A stretch of 64,000 nucleotides of DNA. Source: Acidobacteriota bacterium (GTDB lineage: Bacteria > Acidobacteriota > UBA6911 > RPQK01 > JAJDTT01). Both the position numbers and the translations under genes were made by a program. The notes under the pieces are model-generated. The model was not told the origin of the DNA and did not search any database. It saw nothing but the letters and a program-made list of their open reading frames with translations. The stretch covers positions 2,624,001-2,688,000 of the forward strand of contig OZ253580.1 of assembly GCA_965263035.1 (NCBI GenBank). Direction: 5' to 3'. How positions within the stretch are numbered: position 1 is the first letter of the stretch; every line of letters begins with the position of its first letter. This document shows positions 53,662 through 63,268 of the stretch, in pieces.

Positions 53662-56060
53662 ATGCCTTCCGGAGTCCGGGTCCCCGAATCCCCTTCTGAT
53701 GATTCGACCGCGTCACGCCACCGGCCGCAAACGGAATCGCTCCCTCCGGAGGTCCGAATCCGTCTGACGTCCGCTCGCCGTTCCTTCCTTTCGCGCCTGC
53801 TTGCGGGAACTTCACTCTGGGTCCTGGGAGGTGGTGCCCGAGCGATCCGCAAGGCTGGCGAGACGACTCCCGCCTCCGATCACGAGGAAGATGTCTTTGC
53901 CTACATCGCACGTTCGAAAGGACGATTCGACCCGGCGCTCTACCGGCAACTGCTCGGCTCCGCCAACGAATTCAAGGAAGGAGACCACGCCGTCGGGGTG
54001 GCTGCACCGGACGACCGGTCGCGAGCCCAAGCCCGTGCCCTGCTGGCAAACACGCGTATCGGTCACCTGCTCGATCACCCGGTCTTCGAAGACTCGGTTT
54101 CGTCGTACATCGACACGGTCGTTGAGCGTGAGATCACCCGATCCCTCGCCGGCTGGACGCTGGCCGACCTGAAACGCTTCCTGCTCGAGAGCGAAGAAGA
54201 TGCCATCAAGGGCATCATGCCCGGTCTGCCCAGCGACATCATCGGCTGCGTCGTCAAGCTGATGAGCAACGAGGAACTGATCGCGGTCGGGCGAAAGGTC
54301 TTCAATCCGCTGCCCCACTCCAACCTCGGCGCAAAAGGGTACATGGGCGCCCGCATTCAACCGAATTCGCCCACGGACAACGTAGACGACATCCGATGGC
54401 AGGTCTTTGACGGGTGGTCCTACGCCGTTGGAGACGTCGTGCTGGGAACCAACCCGGTTTCCAGCGAGGTCGCTTCGGTCGCCTCCATCCAGAATGCACT
54501 GGCTGAGATCTTGCAGGTGTTCAGCCTGGAAGACGCGTTCCCCATTGCGTGCTCTCCCATGTCGACGTACAGGCCGCGGTGGAACGGCAGGACCCCGGAT
54601 CGACGGCGATCTGGTTCCAGAGCCTCGGCGGCGTCGCGGACGCCAATACGACCTTCGATCTTTCGGTCGAGAAGCTGGTGTCCCACACCGAGCGGCGGAC
54701 CGGGAAGTACGGTTTCTACTTTGAGACGGGACAAGGCGCCGATGCCACCAACGGTCACGGCAAAGGTTTCGACATGGTCATCCACGAGGCGCGCAAGTAC
54801 GGGTTCGCGCGCGCGCTCGTGCACGAGGTGGCCAGGGCGCAACGCGACGCCGGGCGCAGACCGGCGCCGTGGGTGCATCTGAACGACGTGGCCGGATTCA
54901 TCGGACCGGAGGTCTTTCGGACGCGCGAGCAGCTCGTTCGCTGCTGCCTGGAGGACACGGTCATGGGCAAGCTTCACGGTCTGCCCATCGGCCTCGACAT
55001 CTGCTCGACGCTGCACATGGACATCGACCTGGACGACCTCAACTGGTGCATCGAGCAGGTGATGCCGGCGAATCCGGCCTATTTGATGGCGCTGCCGACC
55101 AAGAACGACCCCATGCTGAGTTACCTGACCACGGGGTTCCTGGATCACGTCCGTGTCCGCGAGAAATTCGGGTTCAAAGTCAACGACGTGATGTGGCGTT
55201 TCTTTCAGTCCCTGAAGGTGATCGACTCGGAGGGCAGGCCCACGGAGCATTTCGGCCAGCCGACGTGGGTCTATCTGCAGTACCTGCGGGCCAAGGGCGA
55301 CAAGCGCCCGGACCGGGAGATCCTGGCCGAGGGCAGGCGCCGGATCGCGAAGATCCGGGAACGCGGCGTGTTCATCTCGGAGGGACACGGGAAGAGCTCG
55401 TGGGATCTGGAGCCTCGGCTCCGGGAGAGAATCCGCTATCTTTACCGGGATTCGAAGAAGTGCATCCGCGCCGAACTGCCGAAAGACTTCGAGACCCGGC
55501 TTCCCTCGACGATCATGGTGAGAAGCCGGTCCAGGGACCGCAACGACTACATCCTGCATCCCCCCACCGGAGAGGAATTGGACGCCGCCTCGAGGTCGAT
55601 CATTCGCCGGCTCGCCAAAGACGGTGGAGGCCGCTACGACGTGCAGCTGGTCATCTCCGACGGCTTGAACGTCTACTCGCTCACCGACGACGGCCACCTG
55701 CAGCCCTACCTGACAGCTCTTCGCGCCCGCCTCGAAGCCGCCGGCCACAAAGTCGCGCCGGAGCACATTATGGTGCGGAACGGGCGGGTCCGGGCGGGCT
55801 ACCGCATCGGCGAGATGCTCTTCGGAAATCTGCAGGAGACGGACCGCAAACGCACGATCCTGCACATCATCGGCGAGAGGCCCGGATCCGGACACCACGC
55901 CTTCTCCGTATACATGACCCGTTCACCGATCCGCACCTGGGCTCAGGCCGGTGTCACCGACCACAACATCACCAAGGTGGTTTCCGGAATCGCGGACACG
56001 GCATTGGATCCGGTGATGGCAGCCAAGGACACCGTGAGGATCCTGGCACGGACAGCGTAG
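53662..56060 (+). CDS. eutB: Fused ethanolamine ammonia-lyase-like EutB-EutC protein, frameshifted near 54540-54543 (error or pseudogene)
   Basis: RIQPNSPTD and LGTNP in the first frame; CVLSH, YFETGQG, GFIGPE, then EutC-like VISDGL, GRV and IGERPG in the second frame. Confidence 0.8.
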
Positions 56061-56081
56061 CCCTGGAACGAAGGGGCAGCC

Positions 56082-56996
56082 TCAACTTCGCAGCCGAAGC
56101 ATGCGAGCGCCGTTGTCGCAGGTGATTCTCCTCAACACCAAGGGGTCGGGGAGATACTCCCTCAGCCGGTCCAACGAGCGCTGGGCGATACAATATCCGC
56201 GCGGGTAGGTCGCTCCCTTGCCGTCGTGGCAGAAGCAGTCGCTCCCCCAGAGCAGCTTGCGCGAATGCCGGACAACGAAATCGGCGGCGAAGTCGGGGTC
56301 CCGGCTGAGGGAGTTGAGTCCCGACCCGGCCGAGAGGTCCCCGAACATGTTGGGAAAGTCGGCCAGGAGCTTGTCGCTGAGGCCGCCCTTGAGGACCCGG
56401 CCCTCTCCCCTGCCGTCCCGGCTGATGTTGGCCCACCAGGTTCCGGCATGGCCCAGAAAATTGACCTGAGGATACTGCTCGAGTATCTTGTGAAACCGGT
56501 CCAGGCCGTGATTGTGTCTGGAGCCGAAATGGAGCAGGACGGGGACTCCGTACTCCCGAGCCACGTCGTAGACTCTGCGCATGGGAGCGGAGTCGGCATC
56601 CACTTCGAACTTCTGCTCGCCGATGCCCAGAGCTCCTTTCTCCAACTGCTCGCGCAGAGCCTGGACTGCGTCTTCCCGCTCCGGATCCACGTTGCAGAAA
56701 GTGACCACCTCTTCCGGATACTTGCGGACGTGACTCCAGGCCGCCCCGTTTCCGCTGATCCTCCCATTCATCCAGCCGTCCCCCGGGAGCAGGACCGTGG
56801 TCTTGACCCGGTGGAACCTCTGGTGCCGCATGAGCGTCTCGGCCGGCCGCTGGTCGAAGTCCGGGTGCTGGTGAATGTCAAGGATGGGCAGGGGTTTGGC
56901 AGCCTCGGCCCCAGTACCGGAAGCGGCCAGCAGCGGGAGACCCAGACCGGCCCCTCCGGCCCGGCGCAACAGCTCCCGGCGATCGATCCGCATCAT
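56082..56996 (-). CDS. Tat-exported amidohydrolase family protein
   Basis: DRRELL signal, DIHQH, GIGEQK, VLLH, LGHA, LWGSD. Confidence 0.85.
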   Translation of the reverse strand: MMRIDRRELLRRAGGAGLGLPLLAASGTGAEAAKPLPILDIHQHPDFDQRPAETLMRHQRFHRVKTTVLLPGDGWMNGRISGNGAAWSHVRKYPEEVVTFCNVDPEREDAVQALREQLEKGALGIGEQKFEVDADSAPMRRVYDVAREYGVPVLLHFGSRHNHGLDRFHKILEQYPQVNFLGHAGTWWANISRDGRGEGRVLKGGLSDKLLADFPNMFGDLSAGSGLNSLSRDPDFAADFVVRHSRKLLWGSDCFCHDGKGATYPRGYCIAQRSLDRLREYLPDPLVLRRITCDNGARMLRLRS

Positions 56997-57001
56997 GGCG
57001 T

Positions 57002-58561
57002 CTACTCTTGCCAGCCCAGACCGAAGACCCGCTCTTCTCCCGGATCGTACAGGCAGGTCACCACGAAGAGATCCTCTTTCCGGGATCGTTCCGGTGGAAT
57101 GTTGACCTGCACATAGGTGAAACCGCGGGCGACCCAGCTGACGTAACCCTCCCGGGGAGAGACCGGCGCCGGGTGTCCGTTGACTCGAAGTTCGGAGATG
57201 CGAGCCTTGGGGTAGGGAACCCGAAGGCGCAGTGAGAGCCCATGTTCGATGGGCTCGCTCGCGGACTCCGGCGGGAGCTCCGACCGGTCGGCGCGGCCCG
57301 ACACCAGATGAAGATGCGCCTTGAATTGGCCGTCCGCATCGGGATGGTCCTTCAGGGCCAGCCGTATGGGCTCACCGTCGACGGCGGGATGCTCGCCGAT
57401 TCGCCTGGAGAACCGGGGCAGGCTCTTGTCCGAGAGCCAGCGGCGGGCCGCGCTGCCGGTGGTGGCGCATACGAAAAGGACCATCCCCTCCGTCTGAGGA
57501 TTGTTGAGCCCGGTGACGATCTGCCCCTGCTTGTTCCAGAGCTCCACCCGGGACCGGCGGCGTGTGGCGGCCGTCTCCCCATAGGCGGTGACGAAGTGGA
57601 GCTCGTTCTTGAGGATGACCCGTGTGGGGTAGCCGGGATAGTACTCCCCGGGCCAGATCTCCTGGCCGATCTCCAGCAGCCGGCGATGACGAAGGAAGCT
57701 GCTCCGTTCCCACGCGTTCTCGTTGGCGAAGGCCAGCGTGTGGAAGCGTTCGTAGCCGTAGGTGGCCGCATAGTAGAGGGGCCTCCCTTTCCACAACTTG
57801 GACCCCAGCTCCTGCAGCTCGGGGCCCCAGAAGATCCGTTCCGCATCCTGCTCCAGCTGGTCCGAGGGGTAGCCCTCGGCCAGAGCGGCCTGATCCATCT
57901 GCCGGGTGATCTCGTGCTTGTACGACCGCAGGGAGATGTTGGAGTACGCCGCCCCCGAGTTCTCCGCCATGATGTATCCGCGAAACTGCATGCCGGTTCC
58001 GTGGTAGTCGGCATGAAGCTCGGCTTGGAACTCGTCCATGAGACTCTTTGCGGCCAAGGCTTCCGGCATCTGTTCCGGATACAGCGGCCCCTGTCGATTC
58101 CACTCCCTGTAGGCATCCCGATTGAGGCTGTTGCGAAGGCTTCCGGCCACGTAGCCGTCCGGGTTGACCACCGGCATGAAGGCGATCACCTGTCCCCGGA
58201 GGATTTCCCGAGCACCCGGACTCCCCTGCAGCAACCAGTCCATGAGATAGAAGATGCCGGTGGCGGCCGAACGCTCCCCCCCGCAGTGGAGCGCCGTGAT
58301 CAGGACATGCTCCTTCTGATCGGCGGGGGACTCGGGATCGGTCAGGACGGCCGCCAGCAATGGCCTGCCCTGGGCCGTGGTCCCCAGCTTCCGGAGCTTC
58401 ATGATCCTGGGATAGGACTTCTGCCACTCCAGCAGCCGGTTCTCGAGTTGGGAAAAGGAGGGGTGGACGGCGGGACCAAATTTGGGGCCGGAGGGAGTGG
58501 CCCCAAATGTCGAAAGGCCGCAGAGCAGAACTGCCGGAACCAGACCGGCGGCTTTCTTCAT
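57002..58561 (-). CDS. M14 family zinc carboxypeptidase-like secreted protein
   Basis: Signal peptide, HCGGE, PVVNPDG, DYHG. Confidence 0.75.
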   Translation of the reverse strand: MKKAAGLVPAVLLCGLSTFGATPSGPKFGPAVHPSFSQLENRLLEWQKSYPRIMKLRKLGTTAQGRPLLAAVLTDPESPADQKEHVLITALHCGGERSAATGIFYLMDWLLQGSPGAREILRGQVIAFMPVVNPDGYVAGSLRNSLNRDAYREWNRQGPLYPEQMPEALAAKSLMDEFQAELHADYHGTGMQFRGYIMAENSGAAYSNISLRSYKHEITRQMDQAALAEGYPSDQLEQDAERIFWGPELQELGSKLWKGRPLYYAATYGYERFHTLAFANENAWERSSFLRHRRLLEIGQEIWPGEYYPGYPTRVILKNELHFVTAYGETAATRRRSRVELWNKQGQIVTGLNNPQTEGMVLFVCATTGSAARRWLSDKSLPRFSRRIGEHPAVDGEPIRLALKDHPDADGQFKAHLHLVSGRADRSELPPESASEPIEHGLSLRLRVPYPKARISELRVNGHPAPVSPREGYVSWVARGFTYVQVNIPPERSRKEDLFVVTCLYDPGEERVFGLGWQE

Positions 58562-58617
58562 TCTCCTCATTTTCCGCCGGAATCCATAGGAATCAGCCCG
58601 GTCGAGAGCGGACGGGG

Positions 58618-59340
58618 TCATGGACCCGGCCCTGCTTCCGCGGCGACGGCTTCCCGCCCCGGCCGTGAATCGCTCGCCATGAACTCCAGAATCGGACCCA
58701 TGGGGTGGAGACCGGCCACCGCCAGATCCGGATCGTGGAGGCTCAATTCATCGAGCCCATAGTTGCCGGTGGCGACCGCAATGGTGATCGCGCCCGCGGC
58801 CCGGCCGTGCCGGATGTCCCGGGGCGTATCGCCGATGACGAAAACTTCGTCGGGAACCAGCGGCGCCGTCAATTCGCTGCCGCGGCGGATGGCTGCTCGG
58901 ATCAGCTCCGTTCGATCGCCGGAATCGGAGCCGTATCCGCCGAAGGGAAAGTAGGAGCTGAGCCCGGCCCTTTCCACCTTCATTCGCGCCCCGGTCTCGA
59001 CGTTTCCGGTGGCCAGTCCGATCAGGAAATTCGGATCCGCCGAAAGCTGGATCACCAGCTCTCGCGCCCCGGCCAGGACTTGGAAGTTGGGGCTCCGGCG
59101 GATCTCGTCCGGCAAGATGGACAGATAGATGTCGTAGAGCTCCGGTCCGGGTTCATCGTCCAAATCATATTTGGAGATGAGTTCCTGAATGATGAGTGGA
59201 TCGGTCTTTCCGTCGAACCGAATCGACGTCGAATCGGGCTCGATCCCATACCGAATCTGGAAGGCACGGTGCAAGGACCGGGTGCCGACCCCTCCGGATA
59301 AAAGGAGGGTGCCGTCGATGTCGAAGAGGACCAGCCTCAT
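58618..59340 (-). CDS. HAD family hydrolase
   Basis: LFDIDGTL, LATGN, IGDTPRD. Confidence 0.9.
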   Translation of the reverse strand: MRLVLFDIDGTLLLSGGVGTRSLHRAFQIRYGIEPDSTSIRFDGKTDPLIIQELISKYDLDDEPGPELYDIYLSILPDEIRRSPNFQVLAGARELVIQLSADPNFLIGLATGNVETGARMKVERAGLSSYFPFGGYGSDSGDRTELIRAAIRRGSELTAPLVPDEVFVIGDTPRDIRHGRAAGAITIAVATGNYGLDELSLHDPDLAVAGLHPMGPILEFMASDSRPGREAVAAEAGPGP

Positions 59341-59347
59341 GGCGGGG

Positions 59348-59378
59348 ATTATAGCAGTCGATGATGAAGACCGGACAA
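59348..59378 (-). promoter_or_regulatory. Extended -10 promoter for a leaderless HAD transcript
   Basis: TGC-TATAAT 7 nt before ATG; TTGTCC 19 nt upstream of the -10. Confidence 0.6.
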
Positions 59379-59381
59379 GGG

Positions 59382-59416
59382 AGGAGAGAGGAATGAGGAG
59401 TGAGAAGTGAGAGAAG
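59382..59416 (-). repeat. Tandem heptamer array (5 units)
   Basis: Minus strand CTTCTCT CACTTCT CACTCCT CATTCCT CTCTCCT. Confidence 0.6.
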
Positions 59417-59491
59417 AACCGGACGGCGCCGGGCTCGGCGTTCTGCCGCGAAATCACCGGGGGACGGCCCGGCGAAGAATTCCCTCTCTTC

Positions 59492-60479
59492 TCATTTCTC
59501 TTGCCGCATCCGGTCCAGAACCTCCGGATTGACCAGATTGTCTTCGGTGGGACGCCTCCCTTCGAGCACCGCCATCATGTCCCCCGCCACCGTCTCCAGC
59601 ACTCCCCGCTGGGCCCCCAGAGTCGCGCTCCCCACGTGAGGAGTCAGGACCGCGCCAGGGTGGCGAAACAGGGGGTGAGACCGGTCGGGCGGCTCGTCCA
59701 GGAAGACGTCGAGGGCCACGGCCTGCAGACGGCCCGTCTCCAGGGCCTCAAAGAGCAGGTCGTGGCTTTCCACCAGGGCCCCGCGTCCCAGGTTGACCAG
59801 GATCGATCCCGGCTTGAAGCTCCCGATGTTCTCCGAGTTGATGAGTCCGCGCGTCTCCCGGTTGAGCGGAGGGTGGAGAGTCACGATGTCGGATCTCCCC
59901 AAAAGCTCGAGCAACGGAACCGCTTCGACGCCGTCGTCCGTCATCTCACCTGGCGTCAGGTTGGGACCATTCACCAGAACCCTGCAATCGAAAGGCGCCA
60001 GGAGCCTCCGGACCTGCCTGCCGATGCGGCCGTACCCGACGATTCCCACCGTGGCCCCTCGCAGGTCCAGGTTCCGCCTCCGATAGCGGTCTTTCCACTC
60101 CCCTTCCAGAAGCACGCGGCGCCAGTGGGGGAGGTTCTTGGCGGCGGCCAGCATCAATGAGAGGGTGTGCTCCGCCACGGCCCAGGCCATGGCCCCGGGG
60201 GTATAGACCACCGGAATGCCCCGTCTGGACGCCTCCGGTACGTCCACCGTGTCGTAACCGACCCCCGCGCGCCCGATGACCCTCAAATTCGGAGCCGCTC
60301 TCATCATCCCGGCATCGATGAGGACCGGTCCCCGAGCCAGGATTCCGACCACCTGTGGGCCCACCCGCGCCAGGACGGCTTCCCGGGTGAACTGATCGGA
60401 GAACAGCAGGGTGCAGGGAGAAAACAGCTCGCGAGCCCACGCAGGCAGGGGCGCCGGTGGAAGCGATCGATTCAGGCAT
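59492..60479 (-). CDS. D-isomer-specific 2-hydroxyacid dehydrogenase, probable frameshift near 60455
   Basis: GVGYD, GIVGYGRIG, NLGRG, LDVF..EP, TPHVG; ATG 60479 is one base out of frame with the body. Confidence 0.8.
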
Positions 60480-60515
60480 GACTGAAATCTCGAACGGCGA
60501 GGGGAACCGGACGAC

Positions 60516-61016
60516 TCAGGCCTCCTCCGTCCGACCGCCGAGGCGATGGTCCAACATGACCAGTGCCGCCGGATGGTCTCCGATCATCGCCAGTTGAGCC
60601 AGGATGTCCTGAATGGTCTTTTCCTCTTCCACCTGCTCCTGAACGAACCACTGCAGTTCGACCTCGGTAGCGTAGTCCTTCTCCTCCTGAGCCAACCGGT
60701 AGAGGTCATGAATGGTCCGTGTGACCGATTGCTCGTGGCACAGCGCTTCCTCGAACATGACCCGGGGAGACTCGAATTCCGCTTTCGGCTCGGCGATGCC
60801 GGCGAGCCGGACACGGCCCCCGCGGTTCTGAACGTAGTCGAAAAGGCGCATGGCATGGCCCCGCTCCTCTTCGCTCTGGGCGCGCATCCAGGCGGAAAAC
60901 CCGGGCAGATTCTGTGAATCACTGTAACCCGACATGGAGAGGTAAACATACGAAGAGTAGAACTCACTCTGGATCTGCTGGTTGAGGGCCTCTTCGATCT
61001 TCCGATTCAGACTCAT
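60516..61016 (-). CDS. ftnA: Ferritin
   Basis: E..S..Y, EERGH, EQVEEE ferroxidase ligands; AAGGAGG SD. Confidence 0.92.
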   Translation of the reverse strand: MSLNRKIEEALNQQIQSEFYSSYVYLSMSGYSDSQNLPGFSAWMRAQSEEERGHAMRLFDYVQNRGGRVRLAGIAEPKAEFESPRVMFEEALCHEQSVTRTIHDLYRLAQEEKDYATEVELQWFVQEQVEEEKTIQDILAQLAMIGDHPAALVMLDHRLGGRTEEA

Positions 61017-61162
61017 GCTTCCTCCTTACATTGACGTGCGTTCCGGTCCTGGAACGTCCGGTTCGTCGATCCGCCGCTGTGAGCCCCGTTCAAAGCACCC
61101 GGCAAGGGAACGGGCGGGACTCGCAGACGTTCCTATGATGACACAGAAGGGGGATCCGTTCG

Positions 61163-61198
61163 CCGGTCGAATGGCGCGACGACTCTTGCCACGGGCTG
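61163..61198 (-). mobile_element. MITE family A partial copy 6 (one end only)
   Basis: CCGGTCGAATGGCGCGACGACTCTTGCCACGGGCTG followed by CTAG. Confidence 0.7.
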
Positions 61199-61243
61199 CT
61201 AGACTACCGGTGGCTGGCGACAAGCTTCTTCGGAATCGAAACG

Positions 61244-61690
61244 ATGTCGGACTTGACCACGATTGCCCTGGGCCTTCTTTTCCTCCTTCCTTCCCTGGAG
61301 TCTCAATCCGACGTGGTGCAGGTACAGGGACGGCTGGTCTGCGTCGAGGCCGGCACCGAGTCGCAGGAACCCATCGAGTGTCCCTCCGAAGCCCCGGTTC
61401 GCGCCCTTCTGGATGAGACCGGACGTCTGTACCGGTTCCGCCTTGACGATCCCAAGGTGTCCATGTTCGACGATCCTCGGGTCCGGACGCGGGAACTCCA
61501 GATCACCGGCCGCCTGGACCCATCGGATCAGTTGGAGATCATTAGGGTCAAATCCATCGTCGGCGGACGGCCCCATTTCGTCTATTACCGGTGCGAGGTC
61601 TGCCACATCACCGCCTACGCATTCGGACCCTGCTGGTGCTGCCAGGACGAGTTCGAGTTTCGCGAGACCTTGACCCCTCCTCCTCAATGA
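61244..61690 (+). CDS. Secreted hypothetical protein with C-terminal Cys-rich metal-binding motif
   Basis: Signal peptide; CEVCH...GPCWCC. Confidence 0.65.
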   Translation: MSDLTTIALGLLFLLPSLESQSDVVQVQGRLVCVEAGTESQEPIECPSEAPVRALLDETGRLYRFRLDDPKVSMFDDPRVRTRELQITGRLDPSDQLEIIRVKSIVGGRPHFVYYRCEVCHITAYAFGPCWCCQDEFEFRETLTPPPQ

Positions 61691-61745
61691 CGGGACGGAG
61701 AACTGAAACCAGTCGAACCACAATTCAATTGAGGGATCACCAAAC

Positions 61746-62801
61746 ATGCTGACCGTCGATTCTCACCTGGATCTTGCCTTCAACGCCGTGGAGTGGAACC
61801 GGGACCTGACCCAACCCATCCATGCCATTCGGGAAGCGGAGGCCGGCATGGGGCAGAAGGGCAGGGGCGCGGGGGTCGTGAACTATCAGGAGTTGCGCCA
61901 GGGACGGATCAGTCTGTTCTTCGCCACGGTCCACTGCCGGATCGCTTCCCTGGGCCGGCGGTTCGCTGGGGTCCGCACCCAGGACATCGCCTACGCCAAG
62001 GCCTGGGGCGAGTTGGCCTACTATCGGATCATGGAGTCCAAGGGAGTCCTGCGCCAGATCCGCAACGTCTCAGAACTCGAATCCCATTTGGAGGAATGGG
62101 ACCGTGATCCCTCCTTCGCACCGCTGGGATACGTGCTGAGCATGGAGGGATCCGACCCCATAGTCAGCCCCGAGCAGGTGCCCGAATGGTGGGACCAGGG
62201 CCTGCGCGTGGTCAGCTTGTGCCACTACGGCGTGAGCACCTATTCCCACGGGACGGGCGCCCCGGGCGGACTGACTCCGCGAGCCCCTGCGCTGCTGCGG
62301 GCCCTGGAAGAGGCGGGAATGATTCTGGACATCAGCCACCTGGCGGAGCAGGCCTTCTGGGAAGCCCTCGACCAATTTGGCAGTCAGGCCGTGGCCACAC
62401 ACAACTGCTGCCAGGCGCTCTGCGAGGGAGACCGTCAGCTGAACGACCAGCAGATCCGGGCTCTGGTGAGCCGCGGGGGCGTCATCGGTGTCGCCCTCGA
62501 CGGCTGGATGCTCTCACCGCGTTGGAGCGGCGAGGACCAGGACAACAGCTTCATCAGCCTGGAGACCGTGGTCGACCATATGGATCACATCTGCCAATTG
62601 GCCGGCGACGCCCGCCACGCTGCCATCGGATCGGACCTGGACGGGGGATACGGGAGGGAGCAGTGTCCCCACGATCTGCACACCATCGCCGATTTGCGCA
62701 AGATTCCCGCCATTCTGGAAAAGCGCGGCTACAGCCTGGAGGACGTGACCTCCGTCATGGGCGGCAATTGGGTCCGGCTGCTTCGCGACACCTGGAGTTG
62801 A
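61746..62801 (+). CDS. Membrane dipeptidase (M19) family protein
   Basis: DSHLD, SMEG, LDISH, THN, IGSDLDG. Confidence 0.9.
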   Translation: MLTVDSHLDLAFNAVEWNRDLTQPIHAIREAEAGMGQKGRGAGVVNYQELRQGRISLFFATVHCRIASLGRRFAGVRTQDIAYAKAWGELAYYRIMESKGVLRQIRNVSELESHLEEWDRDPSFAPLGYVLSMEGSDPIVSPEQVPEWWDQGLRVVSLCHYGVSTYSHGTGAPGGLTPRAPALLRALEEAGMILDISHLAEQAFWEALDQFGSQAVATHNCCQALCEGDRQLNDQQIRALVSRGGVIGVALDGWMLSPRWSGEDQDNSFISLETVVDHMDHICQLAGDARHAAIGSDLDGGYGREQCPHDLHTIADLRKIPAILEKRGYSLEDVTSVMGGNWVRLLRDTWS

Positions 62802-62841
62802 CCGCCGGTCACGACCCGCGGACGGCGCTCATGGCGTAGCG

Positions 62842-63264
62842 TCAAGTCTCCCAGAACCCGGGAACCGGAACTGCCTCGTCCTCTCCCGGCCAGGGAGGCA
62901 TGGTGACGATGAGGATGTCCAAAGGGTCGGCGCCCAGATTCCGGAATTGAAAATGGGTGCCCAGGGGGATGTCCACTGCCGTTCCCGGCCCGACCGGAAC
63001 GATTTCTCCCGAAGTGGAGTCAGGAGGCTTGCTCCACAGTTCTCCGGTCCCTCGCAGGAAGTACCAGATCTCCTCCACGCTCCGGTGCCGCACCGGGCTC
63101 GACACCTGGCCCGGGGAGAGGCTGCAGTGGACCATGCTTCCGCCTTTCAACACCGGAAGCAGGCGGATCCGGGACCCGTCAGGCGCCAGACAATCATAGC
63201 CCGCCTCACCTACTTCCAGGGCCGGCCGATCCACCAGCCGGTCAGGAATCCGCCTGGTCTGCAT
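62842..63264 (-). CDS. Cupin domain protein
   Basis: HRSVEEIWYFLRG, IPLGTHFQFRN, MPPWPG. Confidence 0.85.
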   Translation of the reverse strand: MQTRRIPDRLVDRPALEVGEAGYDCLAPDGSRIRLLPVLKGGSMVHCSLSPGQVSSPVRHRSVEEIWYFLRGTGELWSKPPDSTSGEIVPVGPGTAVDIPLGTHFQFRNLGADPLDILIVTMPPWPGEDEAVPVPGFWET

Positions 63265-63268
63265 GGCT

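Noticed and set aside
53574-53760. Cobalamin riboswitch or tRNA-Pro att remnant upstream of the eutBC fusion
   Set aside because: Only short chance-level matches (GGCCCGCAAGCTGCA, GGAGTTCGATGCC); conserved riboswitch core and full att repeat not recognisable
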